The notes: generated from the letters alone by a model not told the origin. A stretch of DNA of 63,837 nucleotides, filler included, from Lama guanicoe (GCA_013239625.1; 212 parts of 212 records of this genome joined end to end with filler, not necessarily neighbours in it); one strand, 5' to 3'. Shown: positions 1 to 13,445, numbered from the whole stretch's first letter. Program-made: numbers and translations.

Positions 1-377
1 CCCTTTCTGGACTCCTGGGGTAATTACTGTAGATTGTATATATTTTGCATTTGACTCTATGTTGGAATGTTTGTCATTCGTCAGTCTTCCCTTGCAGTTT
101 TGTGGTTCCATAAGTTCGGGAATCTTAAGCAAACACGTCTCCCACACTGGGAAGTGTACTGTTGCTCATGTAGTTGGGGGATCAGTGAGTGGGGTGACAG
201 TNNNNNNNNNNNNNNNNNNNNNNNNNNNNNNNNNNNNNNNNNNNNTTAATTAATTAANNNNNNNNNNNNNNNNNNNNNNNNNNNNNNNNNNNNNNNNNNN
301 NTTTACATGTACATTCTCTTTGCCTTTTGTGAAAAGTCTATCCACATACCTCTCCCTAGACTCCATCTCAAGAAACT

Positions 378-502
378 ATAAAATTGTCACTAGGATGTAA
401 TGTACAAATAGGGAATACGTGTAATAATATTGTAACAACTTTGTATGATAACAGATGGTAACTGGACTTACTGTGGTGATTATTTCATAATGTATAAAAA
501 TA
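378..502 (+). mobile_element. LINE-1 3' UTR fragment (L1MA9-like)
   Basis: GGATGTAATGTACA...AATAATATTGTAACAACTTTGTATG...CAGATGGTAACTGGACTTACTGTGGTGAT matches the laurasiatherian L1 3' UTR. Confidence 0.75.
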
Positions 503-3010
503 NNNNNNNNNNNNNNNNNNNNNNNNNNNNNNNNNNNNNNNNNNNNTTAATTAATTAANNNNNNNNNNNNNNNNNNNNNNNNNNNNNNNNNNNNNNNNNN
601 NNCTTGTGGCCGAAGATGTTTGTCTTCACCAAGACAGCCTACGTCTGTCTCTGGTCAGAGCCCAGGATCTTAAACAGTATTCTCTATAGCCACCCAGGCA
701 CAAATTTGGCAATCAGCTGAGCCTTTTGGCTTCATGACACGTTAAGTTCTTCATGTGCCTATTTGAGTGTTCAGTAAGTGATTGTCATCTATGAAAAGAA
801 GAGNNNNNNNNNNNNNNNNNNNNNNNNNNNNNNNNNNNNNNNNNNNNTTAATTAATTAANNNNNNNNNNNNNNNNNNNNNNNNNNNNNNNNNNNNNNNNN
901 NNNCAACAAACCTAGTATTCTTTCCTCGACATGCGTGCTCCTCGTGAAAAACTGCTTTCCGTTTGAAAACAGTGTCTGACTGGAAACTCCTTAAACAGCA
1001 CCAACCAACTCCCTGCCGTCCGTATCCCCCAGAGACCTAGAAGGACATTTTTAATCACCTTGGCACCTGCTTTTGAGGCAGCCAGAGTCCTTGCTTAACC
1101 CCAGNNNNNNNNNNNNNNNNNNNNNNNNNNNNNNNNNNNNNNNNNNNNTTAATTAATTAANNNNNNNNNNNNNNNNNNNNNNNNNNNNNNNNNNNNNNNN
1201 NNNNAGTGCTTCTGCGGAGTGTCTCTTAAGCTGCCTTCCTGCCTGGGTCAACATAGGGATCAGAAGAGAATACATGGGTGGACCCAGTACCAGGCAGCTG
1301 ACCTGGAGTGGGGAAAGTATCCAACCCAGAATCAGAGGGCCTGCGGGGTTGGCCCGGCCCCCACCACTTAGCTTATCCCTTTAGGCAGGCAGTAAACAAG
1401 GCAGGNNNNNNNNNNNNNNNNNNNNNNNNNNNNNNNNNNNNNNNNNNNNTTAATTAATTAANNNNNNNNNNNNNNNNNNNNNNNNNNNNNNNNNNNNNNN
1501 NNNNNGTAAGATGGGAGCAAATCAACAAGATACAAGGGGCAGACCTCCCTCCCTTGCCGCTGTCACCGATGCCACCGCCCCTGCACCCTCATAGCACCGC
1601 GTCGCCTCCCAGGAGCAGTGACCACGAGAGGTGCCTCCCGCGAACATGGCGAAGCACAGGTCGCCCCAGGCCGCGGGGGAATAGGGAACAAATACAGGGT
1701 CTCTCANNNNNNNNNNNNNNNNNNNNNNNNNNNNNNNNNNNNNNNNNNNNTTAATTAATTAANNNNNNNNNNNNNNNNNNNNNNNNNNNNNNNNNNNNNN
1801 NNNNNNTACATTACTAAAACTAAATTCCTATATCCAGAAAGATTACAGTTCTCAAGTTTCCGTAACCCTTGTGTCTATGTGCAGTTGCACACCTGGAACG
1901 ATACCAGATAGAAGATGCGAAGGGGTGAGGTTGCTCAGGATGTCCTGCCTGCAATGCCTGGTGGCATCTACCACAAATCAAGATTTGGAGATTACATGTC
2001 ACTCTTGNNNNNNNNNNNNNNNNNNNNNNNNNNNNNNNNNNNNNNNNNNNNTTAATTAATTAANNNNNNNNNNNNNNNNNNNNNNNNNNNNNNNNNNNNN
2101 NNNNNNNCTTTGAGGTTTGTAGTCATCTCTGGCACATCTAGGAACCTAAGGGCCCGAGCTGATTCTCAGTAGGTGCCCCAGGGACCCACACCACTGCGGT
2201 TTGACCACATGGGGTGTGCTGTGGGAGACAGCTCAGGCTCGCGCTGCTCTCCAAACTCACAAACTCCGCTCCCTCCCGAGCCTCAGATTGGATTCCTTTG
2301 GAGCCCCTNNNNNNNNNNNNNNNNNNNNNNNNNNNNNNNNNNNNNNNNNNNNTTAATTAATTAANNNNNNNNNNNNNNNNNNNNNNNNNNNNNNNNNNNN
2401 NNNNNNNNTAATATCTCACAGTCAGTTTAGCTATAACTTTATTGCAAAGCTCGTAATCTGTGATTTCTTGCTTATCTAATTCTTCCCCTACATTGAGATT
2501 TCAGTTTCAATTCATTTGATGTTTAACGATCTCCTTTAGGTCATTTCTTCTTATGGGCATTTGATGAATATATTCTCTGATTTTTTGCATATTCATAACT
2601 AACTTTTTTNNNNNNNNNNNNNNNNNNNNNNNNNNNNNNNNNNNNNNNNNNNNTTAATTAATTAANNNNNNNNNNNNNNNNNNNNNNNNNNNNNNNNNNN
2701 NNNNNNNNNTTTTTTTATATGAAGTGTCCTTTATGACTGTGCCTTGACATATTCAAATCCATCCACTGGCACTATTTCCTGTGTATACTTCAGACATACA
2801 GGAACATGGCCTCACACTTCCTCACTTCCATAATAGGATCTCAAAATAGCACCTGCTATTCAAAACAACTGTTAAGTGTTGACTTAATATTGGAAGAGTT
2901 AAACATTTTTNNNNNNNNNNNNNNNNNNNNNNNNNNNNNNNNNNNNNNNNNNNNTTAATTAATTAANNNNNNNNNNNNNNNNNNNNNNNNNNNNNNNNNN
3001 NNNNNNNNNN

Positions 3011-3211
3011 TACCACTGAAAAGACAGTATGTCACCTGCAATATCTAAAAGGTGGGGGCACTCCACACCATGGAGGGCCCCACAGCACAGGACCAGGGTC
3101 AACGTGGAGGCAGATGGAGTGGGAAAACGTGGGTAAGAGCCTTTATTGTAGTTTCCATGGAGAGAAACAGATGAGGAAAGGTAAGAAGATTTAGGATTGG
3201 CTAGTTTGAAT
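3011..3211. mobile_element. Old ERVL-class LTR fragment (family uncertain)
   Basis: GAGCCTTTATTGTAGTTTCCATGG...GATTTAGGATTGGCTAGTTTGAAT resembles recalled eutherian LTR consensus. Confidence 0.45.
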
Positions 3212-4515
3212 NNNNNNNNNNNNNNNNNNNNNNNNNNNNNNNNNNNNNNNNNNNNTTAATTAATTAANNNNNNNNNNNNNNNNNNNNNNNNNNNNNNNNN
3301 NNNNNNNNNNNGGACAGCATGGTCTCTGAAGTTCTTTTATCTTATGACATATCTCTAACAATGGGACATTTATATGTCTATAATTTTGAAATACTGATTC
3401 TGAAGCCAGAAATAGAATCATGATGGCAGCAGAAGTACCTCTTGAACACATTTCTCTGGACACATTACCTCCAATAGCCCAGAATCACTAGTGGTCACTT
3501 CTCTCTTTTCATNNNNNNNNNNNNNNNNNNNNNNNNNNNNNNNNNNNNNNNNNNNNTTAATTAATTAANNNNNNNNNNNNNNNNNNNNNNNNNNNNNNNN
3601 NNNNNNNNNNNNTGTGCCCCCTGGTGTGCTAGGGTGAAGCCCAGGATCACCTGCTCCAGCCTAAGTCCTGTGTTGTACCCTCGCCAGCAAGTCGACACCG
3701 GGGCACACCAGCACCTAACAGCCTCAGTCTGCCCCAGTGAAAGGAATGCTTTTTGTCCCCGAGTGAGAACTGCTTGGAGACCCAGCTGCAGTAAGGAGGC
3801 CACAGGGAGCCTGNNNNNNNNNNNNNNNNNNNNNNNNNNNNNNNNNNNNNNNNNNNNTTAATTAATTAANNNNNNNNNNNNNNNNNNNNNNNNNNNNNNN
3901 NNNNNNNNNNNNNACCTCCTTCCTTCCCCCTACCCATCCACCGTGTCCTGCCCACCATCCACTGCATGGTGGGGTGGCGGGGGGGTTGCTCCAGGAACTT
4001 GCTGCACACAGGTAAGCTTCCCCATCCATTAAACCGTTCATGTGTCTCTTGCTGACTCCGGGCGGCTTCTTCAGTCTTGAAGCTGGGCAAGCACAGGGCT
4101 TGTAGGCCTTTGGGNNNNNNNNNNNNNNNNNNNNNNNNNNNNNNNNNNNNNNNNNNNNTTAATTAATTAANNNNNNNNNNNNNNNNNNNNNNNNNNNNNN
4201 NNNNNNNNNNNNNNATGTGGAAAATTGGTCAGAGACTCCAGTTTCCATGGAAATTCATGTGTTTACCTAAAGAGTGATACAGGATGAAATTTCAGGATAA
4301 ATGGAATCCAGTGCTATTAATTTGCCTTTAGGAACATACTGTATAGATGCTGAAGCCAAAGACTCTGGAGGAAGTAAAGCTGAAATGGGCGAAAAGCTGT
4401 CATAAAGCCATCACANNNNNNNNNNNNNNNNNNNNNNNNNNNNNNNNNNNNNNNNNNNNTTAATTAATTAANNNNNNNNNNNNNNNNNNNNNNNNNNNNN
4501 NNNNNNNNNNNNNNN

Positions 4516-4716
4516 TGCAGTAGTGATTTCCACTAATCTGTCTTCTAGCTCATTGATCTGTTCTGCCTCATTTAGTCTTTTGGTCCTTCTAGTGTGTTAC
4601 TCATTTCAGTGATTTTATTCTTTATTCTGTTTGGGTATTCTTTATATTTTCCAAATCTTTGCTAAACACTTTGCTCTGTGCATCTATACTCCTCTTGAGT
4701 TCTCTGAACATCTTGG
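4516..4716 (-). mobile_element. LINE-1 ORF1-region fragment
   Basis: CTGTCTTCTAGCTCATTGAT...TCTGCCTCATTTAGTC...CCTTCTAGTGTG is antisense to the L1 ORF1 coiled-coil region. Confidence 0.7.
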
Positions 4717-5719
4717 NNNNNNNNNNNNNNNNNNNNNNNNNNNNNNNNNNNNNNNNNNNNTTAATTAATTAANNNNNNNNNNNNNNNNNNNNNNNNNNNN
4801 NNNNNNNNNNNNNNNNAAAGTTGATATCTTCATTTACATCTGTCTTCAAGCAATTTCTTAGCATGGTGAGTAGGTTAGATGAAATAATAAATGAAACCAT
4901 GAATGAATAAGTGTATGGAAGAACTTCTAATTTAGGGGTAAATTTCTAATTCTCTTTTTCTAATGTGATTTCTAGGATGAGTCTAAGAAGGATTCATGGA
5001 TCTTTGCCCTGGCCGTGNNNNNNNNNNNNNNNNNNNNNNNNNNNNNNNNNNNNNNNNNNNNTTAATTAATTAANNNNNNNNNNNNNNNNNNNNNNNNNNN
5101 NNNNNNNNNNNNNNNNNTCTGACATAGTTTTTTTTAATCCTGAAATGGAGGCTCATTAAATTCTCAAATTTAATGCTAATTTAAAGATGATCTTGACAAA
5201 AACTGTGGTTTGAGATTTTATTATAAAATTTAGTTTAAAAAATATTTCTATTTTCATGTGCCCTTCACATGCCCCATCATATTATTATTTAAAAAAAATG
5301 TGTAATTAAATCACATGANNNNNNNNNNNNNNNNNNNNNNNNNNNNNNNNNNNNNNNNNNNNTTAATTAATTAANNNNNNNNNNNNNNNNNNNNNNNNNN
5401 NNNNNNNNNNNNNNNNNNTCGCGAATTTCAAAAGGAAGTGTCACACCAGCACTGACACGTCCTCCGGTGTGCCGGGCCCCTGAGACGGTCACTTAGGGTT
5501 CCACGTGCTGCCGGTGATCCCGCCAGCGCCTCCAAACGCCCGGGGACCACTGAGCGGCCTGGGGGACCCGCAGCCCATTCTTCTGAATATTGTCAGTGAT
5601 GGTAAATGTTGGCCTCTCANNNNNNNNNNNNNNNNNNNNNNNNNNNNNNNNNNNNNNNNNNNNTTAATTAATTAANNNNNNNNNNNNNNNNNNNNNNNNN
5701 NNNNNNNNNNNNNNNNNNN

Positions 5720-5920
5720 AAGGAGAGTCAGTTTCCTGTGTTGTACCAGTTTCTGGCGTCCAGCATAACTCTCCAGTCATACACATACATCCATATATTC
5801 CTTTTCACGCTTTATTCATTTTAGGTGGTTACTGCAAGATATTGACCATAGTTCCCCGTGCTGTACAGTAGAAAATTGTTGTTTATCTAGTTTATATATA
5901 GTAGTGTGTATCTGCTAATC
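5720..5920 (-). mobile_element. LINE-1 3' end (camelid/cetartiodactyl type)
   Basis: CAAGATATTGACCATAGTTCCCCGTGCTGTACAGTAG...TTGTTTATCTAGTTTATATATAGTAGTGTGTATCTGCTAATC. Confidence 0.8.
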
Positions 5921-6923
5921 NNNNNNNNNNNNNNNNNNNNNNNNNNNNNNNNNNNNNNNNNNNNTTAATTAATTAANNNNNNNNNNNNNNNNNNNNNNNN
6001 NNNNNNNNNNNNNNNNNNNNTGCCAAGTCTTCTTTTTAAATCCTCATGCCCATCTAACCCTTTCCCTACATGTCCCACTGCCAGTGCAGGTTCATGTAAC
6101 ACTTCATTTCTGGATTACTCACTAATGCGACTTCTCAGCTTATATCCAACCTCCAGTCCCATTGGCTTGATATATTTCTCAAACACAATGGCACCCTGTG
6201 GCAAACATTTGAAGGTTCTCANNNNNNNNNNNNNNNNNNNNNNNNNNNNNNNNNNNNNNNNNNNNTTAATTAATTAANNNNNNNNNNNNNNNNNNNNNNN
6301 NNNNNNNNNNNNNNNNNNNNNTTCTCTAAGCCAGTTAAGAGGGAATTTTGGAAGAACCCCGTAGTTCCTCGGAGACCCATCATTAAGAGTTGGGAGGACA
6401 CTGGAAAGGCTGTTTAGGAAAGTAAAAGTGCCTGAAGCACTGAAATTTGAAACAACCTCTTTTTTGATGTCCGGGCTCTTTGCTATAATAGCAGGGTTTT
6501 GGTTTCATTTAAGTTCATTTATNNNNNNNNNNNNNNNNNNNNNNNNNNNNNNNNNNNNNNNNNNNNTTAATTAATTAANNNNNNNNNNNNNNNNNNNNNN
6601 NNNNNNNNNNNNNNNNNNNNNNAGGATGGGAACATTTGCTGATGTTGCTATTAAAACAGACTATAAGGTCAGTTTTCGAAGATGCTTTGTCAGTGCTTCA
6701 TGTTGTCTGTCTTAGACATTTTCTTCTTTCTCTTTTCATTCCCCCCAGTTTCATCTGTTGAGTATGTATGTGCATGTGTGTGTGTGTGTACGTTCATGAT
6801 ATATTGTCTTTTCCTTTATTAAANNNNNNNNNNNNNNNNNNNNNNNNNNNNNNNNNNNNNNNNNNNNTTAATTAATTAANNNNNNNNNNNNNNNNNNNNN
6901 NNNNNNNNNNNNNNNNNNNNNNN

Positions 6924-7042
6924 TAATAGTATTTCATAGGGTAATTGTAGGGATTACACAAACTAATGTATGTAAAACACTTAAAACAGTACCTGGCTTG
7001 TATTAAACACTATTTAAGTGTTAGTTGCTATTATTACTATTA
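6924..7042 (+). mobile_element. MIR SINE 3' half
   Basis: TCATAGGGTAATTGTAGGGATTA...TAATGTATGTAAAACACTTAAAACAGTACCTGGC matches the MIR tail. Confidence 0.75.
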
Positions 7043-8127
7043 TGTTCCTTTATGGCTGGATGCAAAGAAGATTCTGTTCTAATAAAATGAAGAGACATTC
7101 TCTGCAAAGGGAACTTCTGTCTCTNNNNNNNNNNNNNNNNNNNNNNNNNNNNNNNNNNNNNNNNNNNNTTAATTAATTAANNNNNNNNNNNNNNNNNNNN
7201 NNNNNNNNNNNNNNNNNNNNNNNNCAGAGCTAGCAAGACTAAGCCCAGAAAACAAGGCACAGGGTTAAAGGAAAAGGAACAGATCTAAAACGGAGTCAAA
7301 TTTATTCTTTTCTACTACAGTGCCTTTTAGTGAGGTAAGAGGATGTTTCTGAGCAGGTCCTCCTCTGCCCCAGGCCTGGGGTTCCTCTGCCCTGCCACGT
7401 TCACCATGACTGTGGGTCTGATCTCNNNNNNNNNNNNNNNNNNNNNNNNNNNNNNNNNNNNNNNNNNNNTTAATTAATTAANNNNNNNNNNNNNNNNNNN
7501 NNNNNNNNNNNNNNNNNNNNNNNNNTCCTAAAAAGCAGCAAGAGAAATGTAAGACACATAAGAAATCCCAGGGCATCCAGGGTCAAAGTTCTTATCAACA
7601 GCTTGTCCAGAACCTTGATACCACATGGATATGTGGAAAGACACCGTGTTGTTGTTTCTCGATTTGGTGAGTTAAAACCAGTGCCCGTGGAAAATACAAT
7701 ATTTGTCGTTTGGCTGATTTCAAGCANNNNNNNNNNNNNNNNNNNNNNNNNNNNNNNNNNNNNNNNNNNNTTAATTAATTAANNNNNNNNNNNNNNNNNN
7801 NNNNNNNNNNNNNNNNNNNNNNNNNNTCCCTCTGAGAAGAAAAGCAGAAATATACTCCCTTAAGGACACTTCCTCACTATTTATTTTCTCTGCTTATATG
7901 AGAAGGTTTCTGACCTTCTAGGGATTTATTTCCTGAGATCTCAAGGCAGCAGACCTCTGACTCTGGCCAACAGGAGGTCCAGGTGGGAGACAGGGTAATG
8001 GGAGAAAGGGAGAAGCCAAAGTATTTCNNNNNNNNNNNNNNNNNNNNNNNNNNNNNNNNNNNNNNNNNNNNTTAATTAATTAANNNNNNNNNNNNNNNNN
8101 NNNNNNNNNNNNNNNNNNNNNNNNNNN

Positions 8128-8328
8128 GATATTTCCCTAGAGAGGTGCCTTAAGGCCATGAAACTGGATGAACTCACCAAGAAAGTGAGTATCCATAGAG
8201 AAGAGTTCCATGGACCACCCTTGGTTTTGGGGTGCGCCAAAAAGAACAGATCAAGGAAAAGAAGAGACACTGCATAGAGGACTGAGGAGGGATGGCTGCC
8301 AGAATAGGGGGAAAGTCAGCAGCACGTG
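8128..8328 (-). mobile_element. L2 fragment
   Basis: TTAAGGCCATGAAACTGGATGAACTCACCAAGAAAGTGAGT is a typical antisense L2 ORF2 motif. Confidence 0.55.
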
Positions 8329-8734
8329 NNNNNNNNNNNNNNNNNNNNNNNNNNNNNNNNNNNNNNNNNNNNTTAATTAATTAANNNNNNNNNNNNNNNN
8401 NNNNNNNNNNNNNNNNNNNNNNNNNNNNTGTCCCCTGGAAAGTGCCCCCTGTGATGTTGTCTGTCACCTGCTATGTGGGCTTACAAAGTACAATTTGTTG
8501 ACACTGACTTACTCTCTGCCTTAGCTGCAAGAATGTCAGCCACCTGCTCTGGTGACCCCCAAGTTCTGGGCTCTCAGAACCACCAGCACTGATCCACCCA
8601 TGTCAGGTGCTAGGTCCCACCATAGAGAGNNNNNNNNNNNNNNNNNNNNNNNNNNNNNNNNNNNNNNNNNNNNTTAATTAATTAANNNNNNNNNNNNNNN
8701 NNNNNNNNNNNNNNNNNNNNNNNNNNNNNAGACA

Positions 8735-8900
8735 TCAATAATAGAAAACTTTTGTTTCGTACTTACCATGTACCAGGTGCTTGCATACATTTGTTGAAGC
8801 CTCATGATGACCTTATGGAATATATATCATTATTCTCATTTTATTGATTATGAAACTGAAGCATAGAGATAAATAACTTGCTTCAGGTCACATAGCTATT
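8735..8900 (-). mobile_element. MIR SINE
   Basis: ATTATTCTCATTTTATTGATTATGAAACTGAAGCATAGAGATAAATAACTTGCTTCAGGTCACATAGCTA is a MIR core in antisense. Confidence 0.75.
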
Positions 8901-9344
8901 GCATACCCACTCAAACCAAGCTTTTAAACTNNNNNNNNNNNNNNNNNNNNNNNNNNNNNNNNNNNNNNNNNNNNTTAATTAATTAANNNNNNNNNNNNNN
9001 NNNNNNNNNNNNNNNNNNNNNNNNNNNNNNTAAGGAAAGAGAGGACATTAGAGAAGGAAACACCAGTGTCCTGCACATCACGTTCAGAAAGTTGTTTCTC
9101 CACCTGCCCCTTAAAAAAAAAAAAAGCGTAGATGTGATTCTGGGTTTTATTAGACGGTTTATAAAAGTTGCTGTTTAAACTGACTTGGGTGCTTCCTGGC
9201 TAACCCAGCAGTCAGACGCAGGAAAACAGCCNNNNNNNNNNNNNNNNNNNNNNNNNNNNNNNNNNNNNNNNNNNNTTAATTAATTAANNNNNNNNNNNNN
9301 NNNNNNNNNNNNNNNNNNNNNNNNNNNNNNNCTCCTCCTTCCTT

Positions 9345-9480
9345 ATTTTTTCATTTATTTATTCATTTGTTTCCAAAGCATGTATTTATAAAGCATCTAC
9401 TAAGTGCCCAGCACTAGGTATATAGCACTGAACTAAATTAACTCATCCCTACAATTAAGATCTGGCCATCTAGTAGTGGG
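9345..9480 (-). mobile_element. L2 3' end
   Basis: TTCATTTATT...ATGTATTTATAAAGCATCTACTAAGTGCCCAGCACTAG. Confidence 0.6.
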
Positions 9481-9722
9481 ACATATATTAAGAACAACGA
9501 AGAGCTGTAAGAATTTCAAATTGTAAGGGCTANNNNNNNNNNNNNNNNNNNNNNNNNNNNNNNNNNNNNNNNNNNNTTAATTAATTAANNNNNNNNNNNN
9601 NNNNNNNNNNNNNNNNNNNNNNNNNNNNNNNNCCCTCGCCTCCGCCCCAGGGTCCTTCTGCCTTCCAGGTGGCCACTCCCTGTCTCACTGCCCCTGCTGC
9701 CTTCCCTCAAACCCATCACCAG

Positions 9723-9791
9723 CCCCCATCAAGGCTTCTTTTGAATCATCCATGTACCCCCAGGCAAGGCTTCTTTTCAATCGTCCATGTA
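9723..9791. repeat. Tandem duplication of a 34-35 bp unit
   Basis: CCCCCATCAAGGCTTCTTTTGAATCATCCATGTA followed directly by CCCCCAGGCAAGGCTTCTTTTCAATCGTCCATGTA. Confidence 0.85.
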
Positions 9792-10234
9792 GCTCTGAGA
9801 CCTGTCAAGAGTACAGAGGTTTCCCCTGCTGATNNNNNNNNNNNNNNNNNNNNNNNNNNNNNNNNNNNNNNNNNNNNTTAATTAATTAANNNNNNNNNNN
9901 NNNNNNNNNNNNNNNNNNNNNNNNNNNNNNNNNACCACTGCCACCGGGTGCTCACAAGCACAACCTCACGGTCCCCCCTCCATGCCACCTCCAGAGATTG
10001 TGGGAAGGACATTTTGATACAGGTGGGCAGAGAATAAATGAAGTATAAAGCCGTAGTCAGGCATTCTCTGCCTGCACATTTAATTGTTTCATTGTTCCTT
10101 CAATGGTCTTTGAAGCTAAACTGCTACCAGAAGTNNNNNNNNNNNNNNNNNNNNNNNNNNNNNNNNNNNNNNNNNNNNTTAATTAATTAANNNNNNNNNN
10201 NNNNNNNNNNNNNNNNNNNNNNNNNNNNNNNNNN

Positions 10235-10435
10235 GAAGTTATTCATGAATGGTGGAGAAATAATCTATTTGGAGAAAAGTAGCTAGGTTTTTATCTTACA
10301 AAAAGTGTCAGATGTATAGAGTAACATTTTTAAATATAGAAAGTGAGAAAAGTACCGGAAGAAAACATAAATTCCTGTCTATACATTTTTTTATGCTGAC
10401 AAAGACATTCCTAAGAAGGACTTCAAAAGCAAGAA
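10235..10435 (+). mobile_element. Ancient LINE-1 (L1ME-like) ORF2 fragment
   Basis: TTATTCATGAATGGTGGAGAAA...AAAGTACCGGAAGAAAACATA follows the degenerate L1 ORF2 order. Confidence 0.5.
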
Positions 10436-10836
10436 NNNNNNNNNNNNNNNNNNNNNNNNNNNNNNNNNNNNNNNNNNNNTTAATTAATTAANNNNNNNNN
10501 NNNNNNNNNNNNNNNNNNNNNNNNNNNNNNNNNNNAAGAACTAGAATTTTAAATCAATTTTTCCTAATACATGTAAGCTGTTCATGTACTGCTGATTTTT
10601 TATATTGATCACCACCAAAATATTCCATTCAGAAGCTCTTGGTTGTTTTCAGTGTATAGATAATCAAAGTCTATGTGCAGAAACTTCCCTACCTGGATAT
10701 TATATTAGTTAAAGGCAAAGAAAGTTTGATGTGCAGNNNNNNNNNNNNNNNNNNNNNNNNNNNNNNNNNNNNNNNNNNNNTTAATTAATTAANNNNNNNN
10801 NNNNNNNNNNNNNNNNNNNNNNNNNNNNNNNNNNNN

Positions 10837-10920
10837 GCACTAAGGACCCAAAAAAGTCATATGACTTGCTTTATTGCAGTGGTCCGGATCTGAACCCACG
10901 GTATCTCAGAGGTATGCCTG
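10837..10920 (+). mobile_element. Tigger1 DNA transposon terminus with TIR
   Basis: GCTTTATTGCAGTGGTCCGGATCTGAACCCACGGTATCTCAGAGGTATGCCTG matches the Tigger1 end (…ATATCTCCGAGGTATGCCTG). Confidence 0.8.
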
Positions 10921-11204
10921 GATAAGGCTAGATTCCTCCCTGTCCTCCCACAACTGTCTGTTAGCAAAGAAAGAATTACCATGTTATCTGATTCATCACA
11001 AAGTCTCTTATATTACCTGGTGCTTGCTCACTTTTTCNNNNNNNNNNNNNNNNNNNNNNNNNNNNNNNNNNNNNNNNNNNNTTAATTAATTAANNNNNNN
11101 NNNNNNNNNNNNNNNNNNNNNNNNNNNNNNNNNNNNNCCTCTGTGTTCTGTGGAAACACTGGCAGGAGGAGATAATGGGGAAGAGTTAGGGGGGCAGCTC
11201 TTTC

Positions 11205-11315
11205 CTTGCTGGCTTTTATTTTATTTATTTATTTATTTTAACATTTTTTCATTGAGTTATAGTTGTTTTACAATGTTGTGTCAAATTCCAGCGTAAAGCA
11301 CAACTCGCTGGCTTT
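11205..11315 (-). mobile_element. Ultra-short 5'-truncated L1 insertion with A-rich tail and 12-bp TSD
   Basis: Antisense L1 terminus (ATTGAGTTATAGTTGTTTTACAATGTTGTGTCAAATTCCAG) with a (TTTA)n tail, flanked by CTTGCTGGCTTT (11205-11216) and CTCGCTGGCTTT (11304-11315). Confidence 0.8.
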
Positions 11316-13272
11316 ATGTGCTCACTGTTGGGTATTTTNNNNNNNNNNNNNNNNNNNNNNNNNNNNNNNNNNNNNNNNNNNNTTAATTAATTAANNNNNN
11401 NNNNNNNNNNNNNNNNNNNNNNNNNNNNNNNNNNNNNNTGGCCTCTCAGGGTCTTAGCTTTTTCTTTAATCAGCTCCAAAGCCTCAAGCCCTCTAAACAC
11501 TCCTACTCCAGATTCACTGAGTCAAAATGTATGGGGGTGGGGGGGGTGGCTGGAAGTCATGTGTACGTGTGTGTGCGCATGTGAGCGTTAAAGTTGAAGA
11601 ACCATGGGCTAGAAGATTTGGCTTGAATCCTGCTTCTCANNNNNNNNNNNNNNNNNNNNNNNNNNNNNNNNNNNNNNNNNNNNTTAATTAATTAANNNNN
11701 NNNNNNNNNNNNNNNNNNNNNNNNNNNNNNNNNNNNNNNGGAGCTGTGGGTTGGAGCAGTGTGGCACCATCGCAGTCTGCAGTCAGTCGGCCTTTGGGTG
11801 CCCTTCCCACCAAATCCATGCTTCTCCTCGAGGCAGGCTCTAAGCCAGGTTTAAAAAAAAATACTCATGTCCTGCACAGTTTACCAACACGTGATGGTTT
11901 AAGAGGAAAAATAAAAAGGATTCAAATTCATGAGAGAGAANNNNNNNNNNNNNNNNNNNNNNNNNNNNNNNNNNNNNNNNNNNNTTAATTAATTAANNNN
12001 NNNNNNNNNNNNNNNNNNNNNNNNNNNNNNNNNNNNNNNNTGACTTCTTGTCTGGGATGTCTGCCCGTCAATGCTGCACAAATCCACTGGAATAAACAGT
12101 AAGTTCTTCTCTCCACTTAGACTATAATCCCATTGGGAGTAATTTCTCTTAACTCCAAATTTCTTTCTTGACCAATTAAAAAGCCCAGAGAGTAAATAGG
12201 GATCAATAAAACTAAAATCAAACTGTAACTTGTATTATTTANNNNNNNNNNNNNNNNNNNNNNNNNNNNNNNNNNNNNNNNNNNNTTAATTAATTAANNN
12301 NNNNNNNNNNNNNNNNNNNNNNNNNNNNNNNNNNNNNNNNNGGTAACCCCACACTCCCCACCTCCCCAAAATATTATTTTAGTAACTTCAGTAAGTGAAT
12401 GTCTATTGAAATAAGTAGATCATTCTTGAGTAAAAATATTTTATATCTTTCACTTTTTTTTTACTTTTTTTTTGCATTCTATTTGATTTCTTATATATAA
12501 AATTGGGTATGTGTTTTCATGCTATCTTTTTCTTGGACATGGNNNNNNNNNNNNNNNNNNNNNNNNNNNNNNNNNNNNNNNNNNNNTTAATTAATTAANN
12601 NNNNNNNNNNNNNNNNNNNNNNNNNNNNNNNNNNNNNNNNNNAGTGGGCTCCGCCATCCCATCCTGGACACAGCATGAGGGCGTGACACTGTAGGGGAGC
12701 CCCAGCCAGGACTCCTCCAGGCCTCTGTTTGCCTCCCTCTGGTCACTGTTCTGAAGAGGAGAGCTGGGGTTCAACGAGGCACTTCCCTGGACTAACTAAC
12801 TAACCAAAGGCACCGGGGGACAGGGTTACCCTCTCCCCATGTCNNNNNNNNNNNNNNNNNNNNNNNNNNNNNNNNNNNNNNNNNNNNTTAATTAATTAAN
12901 NNNNNNNNNNNNNNNNNNNNNNNNNNNNNNNNNNNNNNNNNNNGGATGCTGTCAGGCTGCTTCATTATTACACGTATGCAGTCACACCAAGCCGGGAGCC
13001 ATCATTATTCACATTAAGCAAACTTCCAGCTTCAATGAAGAAATCATCTTCCCACCCTCTTCTGAGACCTGCCTTATGATATTTCTCTCTTAGGGGAAGG
13101 TTGCAAGCCTGGGTCTCACAACTCTGCTTCCAAACAGCCCTGCANNNNNNNNNNNNNNNNNNNNNNNNNNNNNNNNNNNNNNNNNNNNTTAATTAATTAA
13201 NNNNNNNNNNNNNNNNNNNNNNNNNNNNNNNNNNNNNNNNNNNNTAAATGCTTGATGTTTTGTAATACAGAA

Positions 13273-13310
13273 TGAGAGAGAGAGAGACAGAGACAGAGAG
13301 AGAGACTGAG
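13273..13310. repeat. (GA)n/(GACAGA)n microsatellite
   Basis: Directly visible. Confidence 0.85.
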
Positions 13311-13356
13311 CAGAAGGTTTCTGTAATGGTCTAGAGATTTCTGCAACAGTCTAAAA

Positions 13357-13445
13357 CAAAGTTTTTTAGCCTCCGTTTTATTACCATCTCAGGCCAGAGA
13401 ATTCTTTGTCATGCAGGGCTGATGTGCATTACAGGATGTTTAACA
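13357..13445. mobile_element. MER20 (hAT-Charlie) fragment
   Basis: GGCCAGAGAATTCTTTGTCATGCAGGGCTG-ATGTGCATTACAGGATGTTTAACA matches the MER20 end. Confidence 0.65.
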
